64,000 nucleotides of DNA from Octopus vulgaris (GCA_951406725.2 OX597819.1:53506001-53570000); one strand, 5' to 3'; shown: positions 40,151 to 53,227, counted from the first letter of the stretch. Notes: a model not told the origin generated them from the letters alone. Numbers and translations: made by a program.

Positions 40151-40187
40151 TGTTTTACATTTCGAGCAAAACTCTTCTTCAGAAACA
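40151..40187 (-). ncRNA. Minimal type-I hammerhead ribozyme motif (Penelope-like-element type)
   Basis: Minus strand reads UGUUU-CUGAAGA-A-GAGU-uuu-GCUC-GAAA-UGU-A-AAACA: 5-bp stem I, catalytic core, stem II and minimal stem III. Confidence 0.65.
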
Positions 40188-41909
40188 GGAGACAGAGGAA
40201 AGTCCAAGAGAAAAGGAAGACGGAGGAAAAAAAAAAATCACCAACAATTCACATGTAGTTACATTTTGGGGGAGTGTCTATCGCTTTGTTTACTCCCCAT
40301 ATCACTGTTTAACAGTGTTGGTTTGTTTATATCTACATAACTTAGTAGTCCAGCAAAAGAGATGAATAGAATAAATACAATACTTAAAAAAGTAGGTACA
40401 AGAGATGATTTGATAGACTAAATCCTTAGTCTTCTTTCAGTTTCCATCTACCAAATCAACTCCTAAGGCTTTGGTCGGCCCAGAGTAATAGTAGAAGACA
40501 CTTGCCTAAGGTGCCATGCAGTGGGACTGAACCATGTGGTTGGAAAGTCCTTTTTAGTCTCTATCTACCAAATAAGCATATCCACTCACTAGGCTTTGGT
40601 TAGCCTGGGATTATAGTTAAAGATACTTGCTCAAGTTACCATGCAGTGATGGGACTGAACCCAAAACCACATGACTTCAAGGTGAATTTCTCAACCACAC
40701 AGCTATACCTGTGTTTAATAGTAATACAAAGTCAAAACAATTTATTGATATCAATGAGAGACAAAGAATAAAGAAACATGAGAAAAGGATTTGTCAGTTG
40801 CTAACAAGAAGATTGGGTTGTTCTAAACACAAGACTAGTAATTCAGGATTCAATCATTTTTAGGGTGTTTACACAAACTTTTCTTCAATTTATTTCTAAC
40901 TAGCTTTAATTCCCACCACAATCAAACTATAATGCATTTCATATGACACGTCTGGTTACTCCATCTGCTAGAAATAATAGCTAAGCCTCCCTCAAAAACC
41001 TACCATTAAAAATAAGATAAAAGAAAATAATGAATAACGCTGTCTGGAGCACTATGTCTTGATTTTAAAAAAAGTGGGAGGTGGGGGTAGAATGATTACA
41101 ACTGAAATACATTTGCTCAATTAGGTTAACCTAGGGCTAAATTGTGACATTTAAAGCCTCAAATATTCAGTTAATTTCGTAAGTTTTATTTTGATAAACA
41201 ACTAAATCATCATCATCATCGTTTAACGTCCGCTTTCCATGCTAGCATGGGTTGGACGATTTGGCTGAGGTCTGACGAACCAGACTCCAATCTGATCTGG
41301 CAGAGTTTCTACAGCTGGATGCCCTTCCTAACACCAACCATTCCAAGAGTGTAAATAAATCTTGAAAATGTTAAAGAAAAAAACTATTTTACCAAATGGT
41401 TTGTTATATAATAGTCTATACAAATTCATTTGGACATCTGTATGTATTATTGAAACAATCAATCAAATATTTTGCAGTTTGATCTACAAACACCAACACA
41501 ACAGATCTAAGACATTCTTTCATATTGTTTGATTTTGTATCTAGCAATACAGGCCTTACGATACCCTTTATAAGAAACCTACATATGTATGACCTCAATA
41601 TTTGATAGTGAAAGTAACACACAAGCAAGGACATGGAATTCAGATAGTTTATATTTATTGTAGATCTATTTGAAAGAGGTTTGTAACCCAGCAAAAACTA
41701 TTCACGATAGTTGTCATTATTTTTTTTTTTTTTTTCCCATTAGCCAAGTAATTTCTGATAAGGTTATTTGTATATATGTGTATGGTTGTTAGGGCATGAA
41801 ACTGTATAAGAAGTATTTGGGGAGAGGTTGAAGATTAACTGTTTAACACATTTAATACCAGCTCACTTGAAGCTATCTTTGGTTTCAGGATACGGAAACT
41901 CCTTTTAAA

Positions 41910-41950
<41 letters not shown>

Positions 41951-42460
41951 GACAGACAAATAGATAGTTGTGTGTGTATATATTATATGTATATATCCAA
42001 ATTATAACCTTCCATCATCATTATCATCATTTTAACATCCATTTTTCATGCTTGCATGAAACAAACAGAATTCATTCAGGCAGATTTTCTATGGTTAGTT
42101 GCCCTTCTTGTTACCAACCCTCACCTGTTTTTAAGCAAAGTAATATATCCCCATGGTTCACAGAAGATTGGGAATGAAAACCACTTGTGTGGCAGTGACA
42201 CTCATTTACAACTGTCACATGTCAAAACAAAATATATACACACATCATCTAAAGTCCACTTTTCATGCTGGCATGAGTTGGACAGTTTGACAGGAGCTGG
42301 TCAGGCAGGAGTCTGCACAGACTTCTGTGTCTGTTTTGGCAGGGTTTTTACACCTGGATGCCCTTCCTAACACCAACCACTGAGCAGAGTAGACTGAGCA
42401 CAAGCACAGGCAAGGTCAGTTTTGGCAAGCTTTTTACAACTGGATGACCTTCCAACATAT

Positions 42461-42509
<49 letters not shown>

Positions 42510-43584
42510 ATACACAAGCTTCTTTTAGTTTCCATGTACCAAATCCACTCACAAGACTGGTCAGCTCTGAGCTACAGTAGAAGACACTTACCCATGAAGC
42601 CACACAGTAGGACTGAATCCTAAACCATGTGATTGAAAAACAAGCGTCTTAACCACCCACCCATTTTATGCTTTAATTTCTAATTAATTATGTTCCAAAC
42701 ATCAGTTACTTAATGAAAAGTTAATCACTCAACTAAATCCCTTGATATTCTTGATTATTTTCAAAAGTAGTTGAAACACAAAAGCAGACCATTTCATTAA
42801 TAGTCATGAAAGCTAAAAATATTTTTGAATGGACTGTATGATAGGAAACACAAATTTTTGATAGGCATTTGCATTAAAACATTTGTGTACAATGCAATGG
42901 TGAAGCACTAGAATAAATTAATAAGTGACAAGTGGTATGGTATTTTACATTTCTCTAGCACAAGAATAAGCAGCAAAGCAAAGAGTAAAAACAAATGACT
43001 GTCAATTAAGTCCACTTCCTTGTTAAAATACGACAGATGCCAACGAGATTTTTCTGAGTTAAAATAACATCATAAAAGGAAAAAGGCTGAGATGTGACAT
43101 CTAGAAGCACAGCCAGTCAAATCAACACAATTATATAGGAACAATAGAAGTGGTGAGAATCTATGTGGTGGCTTGACCAGCTAGAAATAGCAAACAAATC
43201 TTCCACAAAATCACACCATATCAGTATCATCAGCATTTTAACATCCCCTTTTTCACAGGTCAGATGCCCTCCCGGTTGACATTTCTTACCTGTTTCCATG
43301 GAAGGTAATACTTTCCTATGTTCAGATATGTTTTTCACAGAATACTGGAAGTAAATGACATTGCTTGTATAACAGTGACACCTTTTTACAACTATCAAGT
43401 GATGCTAAAGCCATGACACATATGTATGTATGTATGCATGCATATACACTCAACAGGCTTCCAGACAGTTTCTGTGTTCCCATCTACCAAATTCACTCAC
43501 AAGGGTTTGGTCAGCCCAAAGCTATAATAGAAAACACTTGCCCAGGATGTAATACAGTGGGACTGAAACAGTGACCATGCTCGA

Positions 43585-43812
43585 AGGCAGTGAGCTGGCA
43601 AAAACATTAGCACGCCAGGTGAAATGCTTAGTATTTCGTCTGCTGCTACATTCTGAGTTCAAAATTCCGCCGAGGTCAACTTTGCCTTTCATCCTTTCGG
43701 GATCGATTAATAAGTACCAGTTTCGCAGTGGGTCGATGTAATTGATTTAATCCCTTTGTCTGTCCTTGTTTGTCCCCTCTGTATTTAGCCCCTTGTGGGC
43801 AGTAAAGAAATA
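43585..43812 (+). mobile_element. SINE family B, inserted in a decayed SINE A
   Basis: Collinear with 36842-37072. Confidence 0.85.
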
Positions 43813-46800
43813 TGAAACAGTGAGCATGTGATTGGGATGCAAATTTCTTTGAAAAGAGACACATTAGACAAAATAGTCTTTGAGATGCAGAAAAAAAGAA
43901 AAAAGTAAAAAAAAATGAGGCTCATGGTCAGAACACTTTTGATCATAGCTCAATCAAGGCTGACCTGGAGCTAAATAACAACATGGTAAAATATTAGAGA
44001 AAAACCATGAGACAACAAAAGCAGTATGAGTCTATTAGAAACTAAAGTAACAAGGTATCAAATGTATTGACTTGAAACACATTAGATGATAACATTGTTT
44101 CAGATATTATTTGACATAAATGGCACAAGCATGGCTATTTGGTTAAGAAGCTTGATTCCTAACCTTAGGTACAATCCAACTGTGTGACACCTTGGGGAAG
44201 TGTTTTCTACTATAACCAACCAAAGCCTGGCAAGTGGATTTGGTAGACGGAAACTGGAAGAAGCTCCTTATGTTTGTGTTTGTGTGCATCCTTGTCTTGA
44301 TATCACATGAAGATTACAAACAATGTTATTTTGTTTCCTGTCTTTTGTGAAAAACATGTCTGGCCTTGGGAAATGTTACCTTCCTTAGAAACAAGTGACG
44401 GTTGGTGACAAGAAGGGCATCCAGCCAGAGGAAGTCTGCTCCAACCAACAAATTCAGTCCAACTCACATGGGTATGGCAAAGTGGATGTATGATGATAAT
44501 GAATGCATATTATATATAGAATGAAAACATGCTACAAATAATAGTTGGTATATATGGTAGAAGTAGATTCATTAAAAAAACCTAGCTTAGAAATAGCTAA
44601 ATCAAATTTCAGGAGATTGTTCATAATAAACAAGGGATGATTCATGATGTATAAACAAATGCTTGTATTACACATGTGTATAATCATTAGCGACAGGCAA
44701 ACTAAAAGATTAATATAAGAATGATGTAATGAGATGAATTAGACTTTGAAAACTGAGAGAAGCAATGAACACAGATCCATATTTTGAATACAATAAAAAC
44801 GGATGAATGTACAAAATCATAACATAAATACTCAGAAGAATGTTTGTAAATAAAAATAACATTTTTCTGTACAACATTCAAATAGTTGTTGGTGATAAGA
44901 AGAGCATTCAGCCATAGAAACCAAGCCAAGTTGCATACACAAGCACTAGTTCCTGGAAGCAGTATTTTCCATAAGAAATAATTTGGACCATAATGATCCA
45001 TCCATCCATGCCAACATGGAATACAGATGTAAAATGATGATGATGTAGAAATTTCTAATTCTAAGTGGGAACTACTCTTTTCAGGGTATCCATAAATGGT
45101 GGCCGAGAAGGAAGAATATATGTTCAAACTAGATGCCTCAACCAAATGCCAGCAAGAGAGTGAACTCTGTTAAAGGGATCAAAGAGCCATGCAGTAATGT
45201 TAAACAGAGCAAGAGATTAAATCTCCCTTACAAGAACAGGAACTTTTCCCCAAACAGACTTTACCAAAACCCTGTGAGGGTTTTCGTCAGCCCAAAGTGC
45301 CATGCAGTAGAATCAAAATAGAAACCACTTAATCTTAGAATCATTTTGAAATGATCACATTGTAAACTCTTTGTGAAAATGTCTGACTGAAAAATCAGGA
45401 AAGCCATGTTAGAATTACTGTATTAGGCCTCTAAGCAACACATTACAGTACTGGCCTCAAAATTGGTGTGACTCTCATTTCCTGGCTGGAAATGACTAGT
45501 TATAGAAAGGCATGAAGCAGTAAATATTTTTGCTCCAATAATTCATATCAAAATACCTAGAACCATGGTAGCATGCAAGAATGTAATAAATAAATAATAT
45601 TTTCTTTTGTGCTGGTAAAAGGCAAGTTTTATAGAGGGGAAGATAATTAAATAAACATCAATATTTCATGTTTTATTGATCTGGGTGAGTTGAGAGACAA
45701 AGTCATTGCCATAGGAATTTAGATACGAAGAAAAGTAAAACACCTCCCTAATTACACAATCTCTAGTTTGGCCCTCTACATTTGCTTGATAAATAAATAA
45801 AAATGAAAATGAGAGACTGGGACAGAGAGAGTGGAAAATGTGACATTAAAGAGTTGTGTGAGATAAAGGATTTGTGGGAATTGGAAAATAAGCAAGTTCA
45901 GAATGATCTATTGGATATAAAGGGCACAGATGGGTTGTGAAAGTGAGAGAATACCAAAGGCACCAGGAATTAATTGTATGCAAACCTAATAACTGTGCTA
46001 GTGTAGATAGATAAATGTAAATGAATGATTTACATGCTGAGTGAACAGAGCTATAGAATGGAAATAAAAACAAGACAACTAGTAAGAAAATACATCAGGC
46101 ACTGAGAAGATTAGATCTTTCTAAAATACATGAAAATATGTTATTGTTCTTATCTAAACAATGGTAAACATGGAGAGGGAACAAAAAAAAATCAATCACT
46201 AAACTGCCGAAAGCATTTAGAATAGACCTCCTCGGTTACATACAGCATTTGTTTTAACTACAAACACTGACCTGCAGATGTCCTGGATGGTCATCAACCA
46301 TATTTGCTTCAACTTCAGCTTAATAGGACCTAAAGCGGTTATGGACACTACCTAACTCCTACGAATAACTTCCTTTTCTTTTTTTTAATCACTTTGTCGT
46401 CTGCGAAGCTTGTCTTTGAACACTCCTTTTCGATCGATCAAAAAGATATACTACCAGGGTTTTGACATACAAATCCCCAATACATTGTGCTATTACAGTA
46501 AATAATATTTTGTAGGCTGATCTCTCCAACTCTTTCACACAACAAATATAGAGTAAATGAATGTGTAGATGAAACAATTTCTTTAACTTAGATTTCTATC
46601 TTCAAATGTTAACCCTAATACAACAGGTGTGTGATAACGCTAACCAGGTCAAATTAATAACTATTATAAATATAATGAATATCAATTCCACAAAGTTCAA
46701 GACACTAAGAGTCCCAATTATAACAATTCGTATATTTTAATTGGGAATTTAATCACTGTTTTGATATAGCTTTCGCAGTTTACGTGCTATGATAAGTGAA

Positions 46801-48279
46801 CTAAATTCCTTCCAGTATGAAGACAACAATTTCATTTCCATTGAAAAAATCATCATTTGCCGACTCTGAAGATAGGAAAAGTAATTTAAATAATTAATTT
46901 TGCATATACACTGTTGCCTAGTAATTTTACAAAACATTCTTCAGCAATGTATGTATCATTGTATATATGGTGAAACTGGTACCTTGGGTATCTTTAGCAG
47001 GGACAAGTCTCTCGCACTTGGCTCAGGTTTCCCCGTTTGAAAATAGCTCTACACTGGTTTCAGAGGCCTTGCCCACTGAGTAAAGGGAACATGCACACGT
47101 GCGTGTTTGATAGCAGAACAGACGACATATCGTACGTGTATTACATATCAAAATTATCACAAATTTAGGGAACAAATGAATAAAGTATCGAAAGGGAAGC
47201 ATTTATCACGCTATCAACATCATCTCTTGTCCATTCACACAGTTCCAATAGATATAATCTCCGATTACCTTTCACTGCCAAGTGTCTACATACAACTCAG
47301 TACGTTACGAACACGAGTTTTTAACTGTGAGAAACATTATCGAATGAGCTGAGATAAAATATGCTTATGTTGCTAGAACAAAATGTGTTACCCCCCCCAA
47401 AAAAAAATAAGTCGGATTTCTGAGGTAAATAAAAGAACGAGTAAAGAACCGACACATTGTAAAAAAAAGTTCAGATGTGAACCAGCTTTTGGTACAAACA
47501 GCACTCAGAACATTAACAATAATACTGTTAAAACAATATTTGTTTACACAAGATTTCACATTCCGAGAGTGTCAATTTAAATAAAATCGAGTTTTAATGA
47601 AGAATAGAGCAAGACTATGATAGTGATAGCTAGAGTTTTTCCATAATATAAAGGTAAATATATATTAGCGGGTTCGAGAAGGCACAGATAAGCTACACAC
47701 CTGTTAGTATAAATTGGATTGTTGACTTCCTTATACAGTAATCTGATTATATACAATATATGGTGTGTGTGTGTTATACATACACCATATATTGCATATC
47801 ATCATATTGTGTGTGTGTAACACACACGAAACGATTTCACTCGTGTTGGCAGACGATATATTTTAGATACCAGAACAAAACGGCGGGACTGAACTGACCG
47901 CGAGGGAACAAGACGTCATTCAAGCGGAAACATTTCTTCACATAGACTTTAAAAAAGAAAGCGAGTACATGTATGTGTGTGTATATATATATATATATAT
48001 ATACACACACATATCTGGATGTACTAAAGGGAGAAAGTATATTCAGTATACGTAGCGGATTTTAATTGTTCGAAGCTAAGGATTCACTCCATCCTTAATT
48101 TCTTGCTATATGCGATCCTTCGTGTGACTAAAAGATATATATGTGTGTATACATACACACAGCATTAATAAGCCTTTCCATTTAAAGTTATAAAATATTT
48201 TGTATAAGAGAAATTAATGCTTAAAATACAACATGCAAGCACATTTCGGTAAAATTACTATTTTACCCATATTTTGTTA

Positions 48280-48314
<35 letters not shown>

Positions 48315-49486
48315 TGTATCAAAATTGAACTTTCGTTACATAAGTTAGGAATATGAATTCAACAGAAACTAGCCAATGGTCCACTGTATCTCACATGGGA
48401 CACTCATACATATGGACAGTTTTAGCCGAAATTAGCCATGTCCGAATTTTGTTTAAATACATCGACTACTTCCTCCAACTTGCACCATATTATAGGGAAT
48501 ATCTTGCACCGACATACATACCATTCCAAAAATACATGCAAAGCCAAAAATAAACAAATGCACCGAAGGTATGTATATAAAGGTATATTGCAAAATGGTC
48601 AGAAACAATACAGAGTTCATCCAATGAAAAATTTTCTGGGATCTTAAAATAAACACCAACTTATGTTTTCATGTGAATTTGTTTTCGTTGGCTGTGTTGC
48701 ATTGATGCATTCAATGGCGAGCAAGTGGCAAAGCAACAACAAAATACTCTTAGTAACGAAGGAGAATAAAATAACCTGTGGATGGATGTTGGAGGGATTT
48801 AGGGAGAGCAGAGAGTCTTATATCCGATTAAGAAATCTTGCAGAAGAAACGGAACGAAAATTAAACTTAGTAGCTCGATTTAGTAGCAGTGCCAAAAAAG
48901 AAAAACAAGAAAACTCTCCATTTTTCGAACTCAACAAATATTCTAGCTTCTTACGGAATTTATCCAAGAACGGATAAACAAACACTAAGCACATTATTAT
49001 TTTTTATTAAAGCAAATATATTCTTACAAATCATTTCAATGTCGATCAATTGCTCTATCTACCTCTCTATCTTACCTATCTATTCTTATTCAACACAGTT
49101 GTGTTTATTCATTGTCCAGGAGTTCCTTATTTTAAACTACATAAATAGAAACTGGAATTATCCTCGGTAGACTTCTCATTCTCAAGAGCTGGTATCAGCC
49201 ACGTGGAATAGTAAAGAATAACAGCTGAGGTGGTCAGTGACAAATTTAGAAATGTCTTTGAAAGTGGGAAAATACAAGACAGACAACCAGAACTAAGATT
49301 AAGAAACACCTCACTTGTTATATTTATCTCTTTGTTGTTGTGGAAACTACCGAGAACTCAGGCGAAAGGAGATAAAAGGAGTGAGGTTAGGGGACTATTC
49401 CATGGAATATTTTATTATTATTATTATTAATATTCTTTTAACAGAGAGTGAAAGGGTCGAAGATGATCGGAGAAATTCCTTTTTAC

Positions 49487-49554
49487 CTGTAGACTCGTCT
49501 GGCTTTGTCGACCTCAGGTTTAACTTCATCTTTCTTCTGCCCGGCTTTCTTCAT
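49487..49554 (-). CDS. SMG5: SMG5 coding exon 1 (MKKAGQKKDEVKPEVDKARRVY-R)
   Basis: ATG at 49554 (gggATGA); ends CTACAG|gtaaaa in phase 2, matching the phase-2 start of exon 2. ARRVYR|AALDAI parallels human SMG5 KRLYR|AVVEAV. Lies in a TE-poor, CpG-retaining region. Too short for the ORF track. Confidence 0.85.
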
Positions 49555-49588
49555 CCCTTTTTCGAGAATTACACACAGAGCCTACCAT
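49526..49588 (-). promoter_or_regulatory. Overlapping out-of-frame uORF (MVGSVCNSRKRDEESRAEER*)
   Basis: gacATGG starts 34 nt upstream of the SMG5 ATG; its TGA at 49528-49526 lies inside coding exon 1. Confidence 0.55.
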
Positions 49589-50050
49589 GTCAATGTGTCA
49601 ACCAGCTACAGTGCTGCGTGTGTTGGCAGTCATCGACTGTGTACGCTGTCGCGGTGTGAACAATGATGAGATGTACCTATCCGACAAACGTTGTGCGACA
49701 TATTTGTTTCCATAAACTCATGTGTTACTTGTCGCGGGAATCGACGAGATTTGGCGAGATCAACAAAATAAATGCGTGTGTGATAGTCATAGTGGTTATT
49801 GTATTGGTTCTTTAATATTCTTCTTAATAAATACAAACAACCTTCACTATAACGAAATTTCTTTCACCAACACCTTTATGTACCCTCACTGATATCGTTG
49901 GAGCTTTTTTTTTTTCCTTAACTAATTTCTGGGTTTATTTTAATCTACACTTAGAAGTTTTGTTCAGTATAGGCTTAGCTCTTATTTCCTCTTCGACCAC
50001 TTTTCTTACTTTCATTTTACTTTCGCGCTCAACATTGACAAAATTCATGC
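49555..50050 (-). promoter_or_regulatory. Putative SMG5 5' UTR / core promoter region
   Basis: Immediately upstream of the ATG; locally GC- and CpG-rich (gtcgcgggaatcgacgagatttggcgagat) and free of recognisable repeats. The TSS cannot be determined from sequence alone. Confidence 0.55.
49598..49633 (-). promoter_or_regulatory. Short uORF (MTANTRSTVAG*)
   Basis: ATG at 49633 to TGA at 49600-49598; relevant only if the TSS lies upstream of 49633. Confidence 0.35.
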
Positions 50051-51721
50051 TTGTGTGAAAACACGTACCCACTACATGTGTATATATATATATATATATA
50101 TATAATGTCTGGAATTACAAACAGGATAAAACTCAAAATATAAATATATATTTATTTTAATTTTTTTAATGGTCAGATGTTACAAAGTGACTCAAGGGCA
50201 GATAGTCCCGTGCATGGTACTTTATCAAACTAACTTTTCGTTATGTGTATATAATGTATTTGGGTGTAATTCATATACATTTATAACATACACTTGTTTA
50301 TACATATATATGTATGCATGTATATGACGTGTGTGTATATACACATATATGTATAGAGATATAATTCTTCGACTACCTGATGAGAATTTTTAAAAAGAAT
50401 GCAAAGGACATGCAATTATTCAGCTAAATTAATCAACGAACATGTGTGCTGATTGGTGCCAGGTCTGGACAATTTGGCGCTTTAACTGTTTCTTAAATCG
50501 ATGTAGAATATTTAATACGATTAAGAAATTACATATGAAAAACAAAAGCTACTTATTAATTTAAGCATGGATTTTTCAACTTCTGTTATTTTTGTCTTTT
50601 GTTTAAAAAAAAAAAAGCATTCTTCAACTATTTGTTTTAAACGAGATTCAGAATCGACATACCAACACGAGTGTGCTACACCGATTTCGTTTCAGAAAAA
50701 TAGATATTTGTTTAATGAAATTTTCTACAAATATGTTCAGATAATAATTTTATTGGAAATTGTCGAGAAATTTTTTTTCTTCGGAGGAGGGGAGAGGATT
50801 TTCGGATAATTCATAAGTTTCGGCATTTTTTAATTAATTTTTCAACAAATTCTTTTCAGAAAGTGTAGATTGTGATTACATCGGAATTTAATGAGAAAGA
50901 AAAAAAAAAAAACTGAAAGTTCTGAGGAAACAAAATTGATAGGTGTGTGTTTGTGTGTGCCTTCTTTCCGTTTGTGATCATCAAATGAAAGTGGAAATAC
51001 TGACAATTCGGCAATGTCTTGACGAACTTGTCACCCATCATTTTTTTTTTTTTTTACTTTCTGAAAATTTCTGCTTTTTACAACGGAGATTACGATTCTG
51101 GGACACCCCCACCACAAATAATGAAACTTTATTTTTTTCTAATTTTTAATCTTTCAGTCACGCCCACAGTCAATTTTTAGAAATTTAAAAAAAAGACTTT
51201 ACTCGAAATTTTTGCCAGGGCTTTCACTTTAAAAAATAGAGATTATGATATTACATTCGGGGAGGGGAAAAAAGAGCTATATTTAAAATAATAATCTTTT
51301 AAAGCCGATTACTTACTATCATTCTTTTCCATTTTTACTTTCTTATCATAAACTGAATATATGACAGCTATTTTTAACATTAAAGTACTTTTTCAAAATC
51401 AAAAGAGAAACGCATTAATGGCATTTAGTTTCACTTTCTTAAAATGCTGCTGTTGAAATTTTTTAAAGTATGAAAGTGCAAATGAAATACTTATTTATAC
51501 ACTGCAAATTCAGACGATGTGAGAGTAAGTTCTTTTTTGTAAAATGCGCACATTAAAAAATTATAGGAAAGAACTGGAAATCTTTTAGCCAATAAAAATC
51601 TCGTAATCAACATCTGATTTTTAAAAATTCCTTTGTATAAGCGTGGCTCTGTGGTTTCCTTCCCAACCACATGGTTCCGGATTCAGTCTCACTGCGGGGC
51701 ACCTTGTGCAATTATCTTCTT

Positions 51722-52588
51722 CTATAGGTAGCAGAAACTATCAACTACTTCTAGTTTCTCCTCCAGGAGTGTAATGGAATCTGTTTTCTGAGTATCAATG
51801 GTATCTATTGCACCTGTGCATCTGCCGCACACGAAAACTATCTTGGTTAATTTTCCTTTGATGGTGCTGCACCTCTTATGTGTCCATAGGTTACATTGGG
51901 TACATCTTATGGAGTTTCTACCTACACCTTTTCTACAGATCGAGCAGGGCCACCTACCTGAAGGGGTTTGTGGTGTGTTTGCCTTCCTACTTACTAGAAC
52001 TTTGGTCTTTGCTACATTGAACCTAAGGCCTTTTCTAAACCTAGCTTCCACACTCAAAATTTCTTTTCTAGTTCAGGTAGTGATTCTGCTATGAGGGCCA
52101 GGTCATCAGCATAGAGGAGCTCCCAGGGGCAACCCATCTTGAATTCCTCTGTTATTGCCTGGAGGACTATGATGAATAAAAGGAGACTGAGGGCTTAGCC
52201 TTGGTGGACCCCTACTTCTACCCGGAATTCTTCACTATACTCATTGCCAATCCTAACCTTGCTGACGGCGTCTCTGTATAGGACCTGTTCAGCCCTTATT
52301 AACCATTCGTCAATCTCCAGTTTCCACACAGCCCACCAGATAAGGGATCGGGGGACCCTGTCAAAGGCTTTCTCCAAGTCCACGAAAGCTATTTAGAGGA
52401 GTTTATCTTTAGCTAGGTATTTCTCCTGCAGTTGTCGAACCAGGAATATGGCATCAGTAGTGCTTCTACCCGGCACAAAACCGAACTGCATCTCATCTAA
52501 GCAGACTCTTCTCCTAATGAGATGGGCTATGACCCTCTCTGTGACCTTCATCACCTGATCCAACAGTTTAATACCCCTGTAGTTATTC
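51722..52588 (-). mobile_element. RTE-LINE internal fragment (RT and PHD-like finger), same family as 19319-21849
   Basis: NNYRGIKLLDQVMKVTERV...QFGFVPGRSTTDAIF, DLEKAFDRVPR, GVHQG, LLYADDL and WPCSICRKG...HKRC...VCGRC. Confidence 0.92.
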
Positions 52589-52767
52589 ATATATATATAT
52601 ATATATATTATCATTGCCATCATCATCATCGTCGTCATCATCATCACCATCAACAAGATCATCATTATCATTCAACATCATCATTTTCAACATTCCCATT
52701 TCCATGCTCATGTGGATCGAATATACACACACACACATATATAATCCTTTAACAGAAATAATAAACA

Positions 52768-53153
52768 TGGCGCAGTGTGGTAAGTAGCTTGCTTACCAAC
52801 CACATGGTTTTGGGTTCAGTCCCCCTGTATGGCACCTTGGCCAAGTGTCTTCTACTATAGCCTTGGGCTGACCAAAGCCTTGTGAGTGGATTTGATAGAC
52901 AGAAACTGAAAGAAGCCCATCGTATATATGTATATATAAAAGTGTGTGTCTGTGTTTGACCTCCACAACATCACTTGACAACTGATGCTGGTGTGTTTAC
53001 GTCCCCGTAACTTAGCAGTTCGGCAAAAGAGTCCGATAGAATAAGTACTAGGTTTACAAAGAATAAGTCCTAGGGTTAATTTGCCTGACTAAAGGTAGTG
53101 CTCCAGCATGACCGCAGTCAAATGACTGAAACAAGTAAAAAGAGAGTAAAGAG
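52768..53153 (+). mobile_element. SINE family A
   Basis: Collinear with 8598-8989. Confidence 0.85.
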
Positions 53154-53227
53154 TATGTGCTTTACAAAAATAATTGAGTAATCCTTCAGATTAAGGTAAA
53201 ATTGTTTTTATCATAACTTAACATAAG

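Larger units (their letters stand above)
6860..49486 (-). other. SMG5: SMG5 intron 1 (42,627 nt, GT-AG, phase 2)
   Basis: Bounded by the exon 1 donor and exon 2 acceptor; no other SMG5-like coding segment seen in between. Confidence 0.8.

Noticed and set aside
39576-40340. 254-aa ORF and similar YIYIYI / CVCVCV / HTHTHT ORFs across the window
   Set aside because: These are translations of microsatellites, SINEs and LINE UTR repeats with no protein-family signal.
49580-49588. ATG|gtaggc as an alternative donor in the SMG5 leader
   Set aside because: A plausible motif, but it gives an immediately terminated frame in exon 2 and cannot be supported without reads.
51514-51524. Plus-strand micro-exon cag|ACGATGTGAGA|gtaagt of a divergent transcript
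   Set aside because: No polypyrimidine tract and no partner exons found; such motifs occur by chance.
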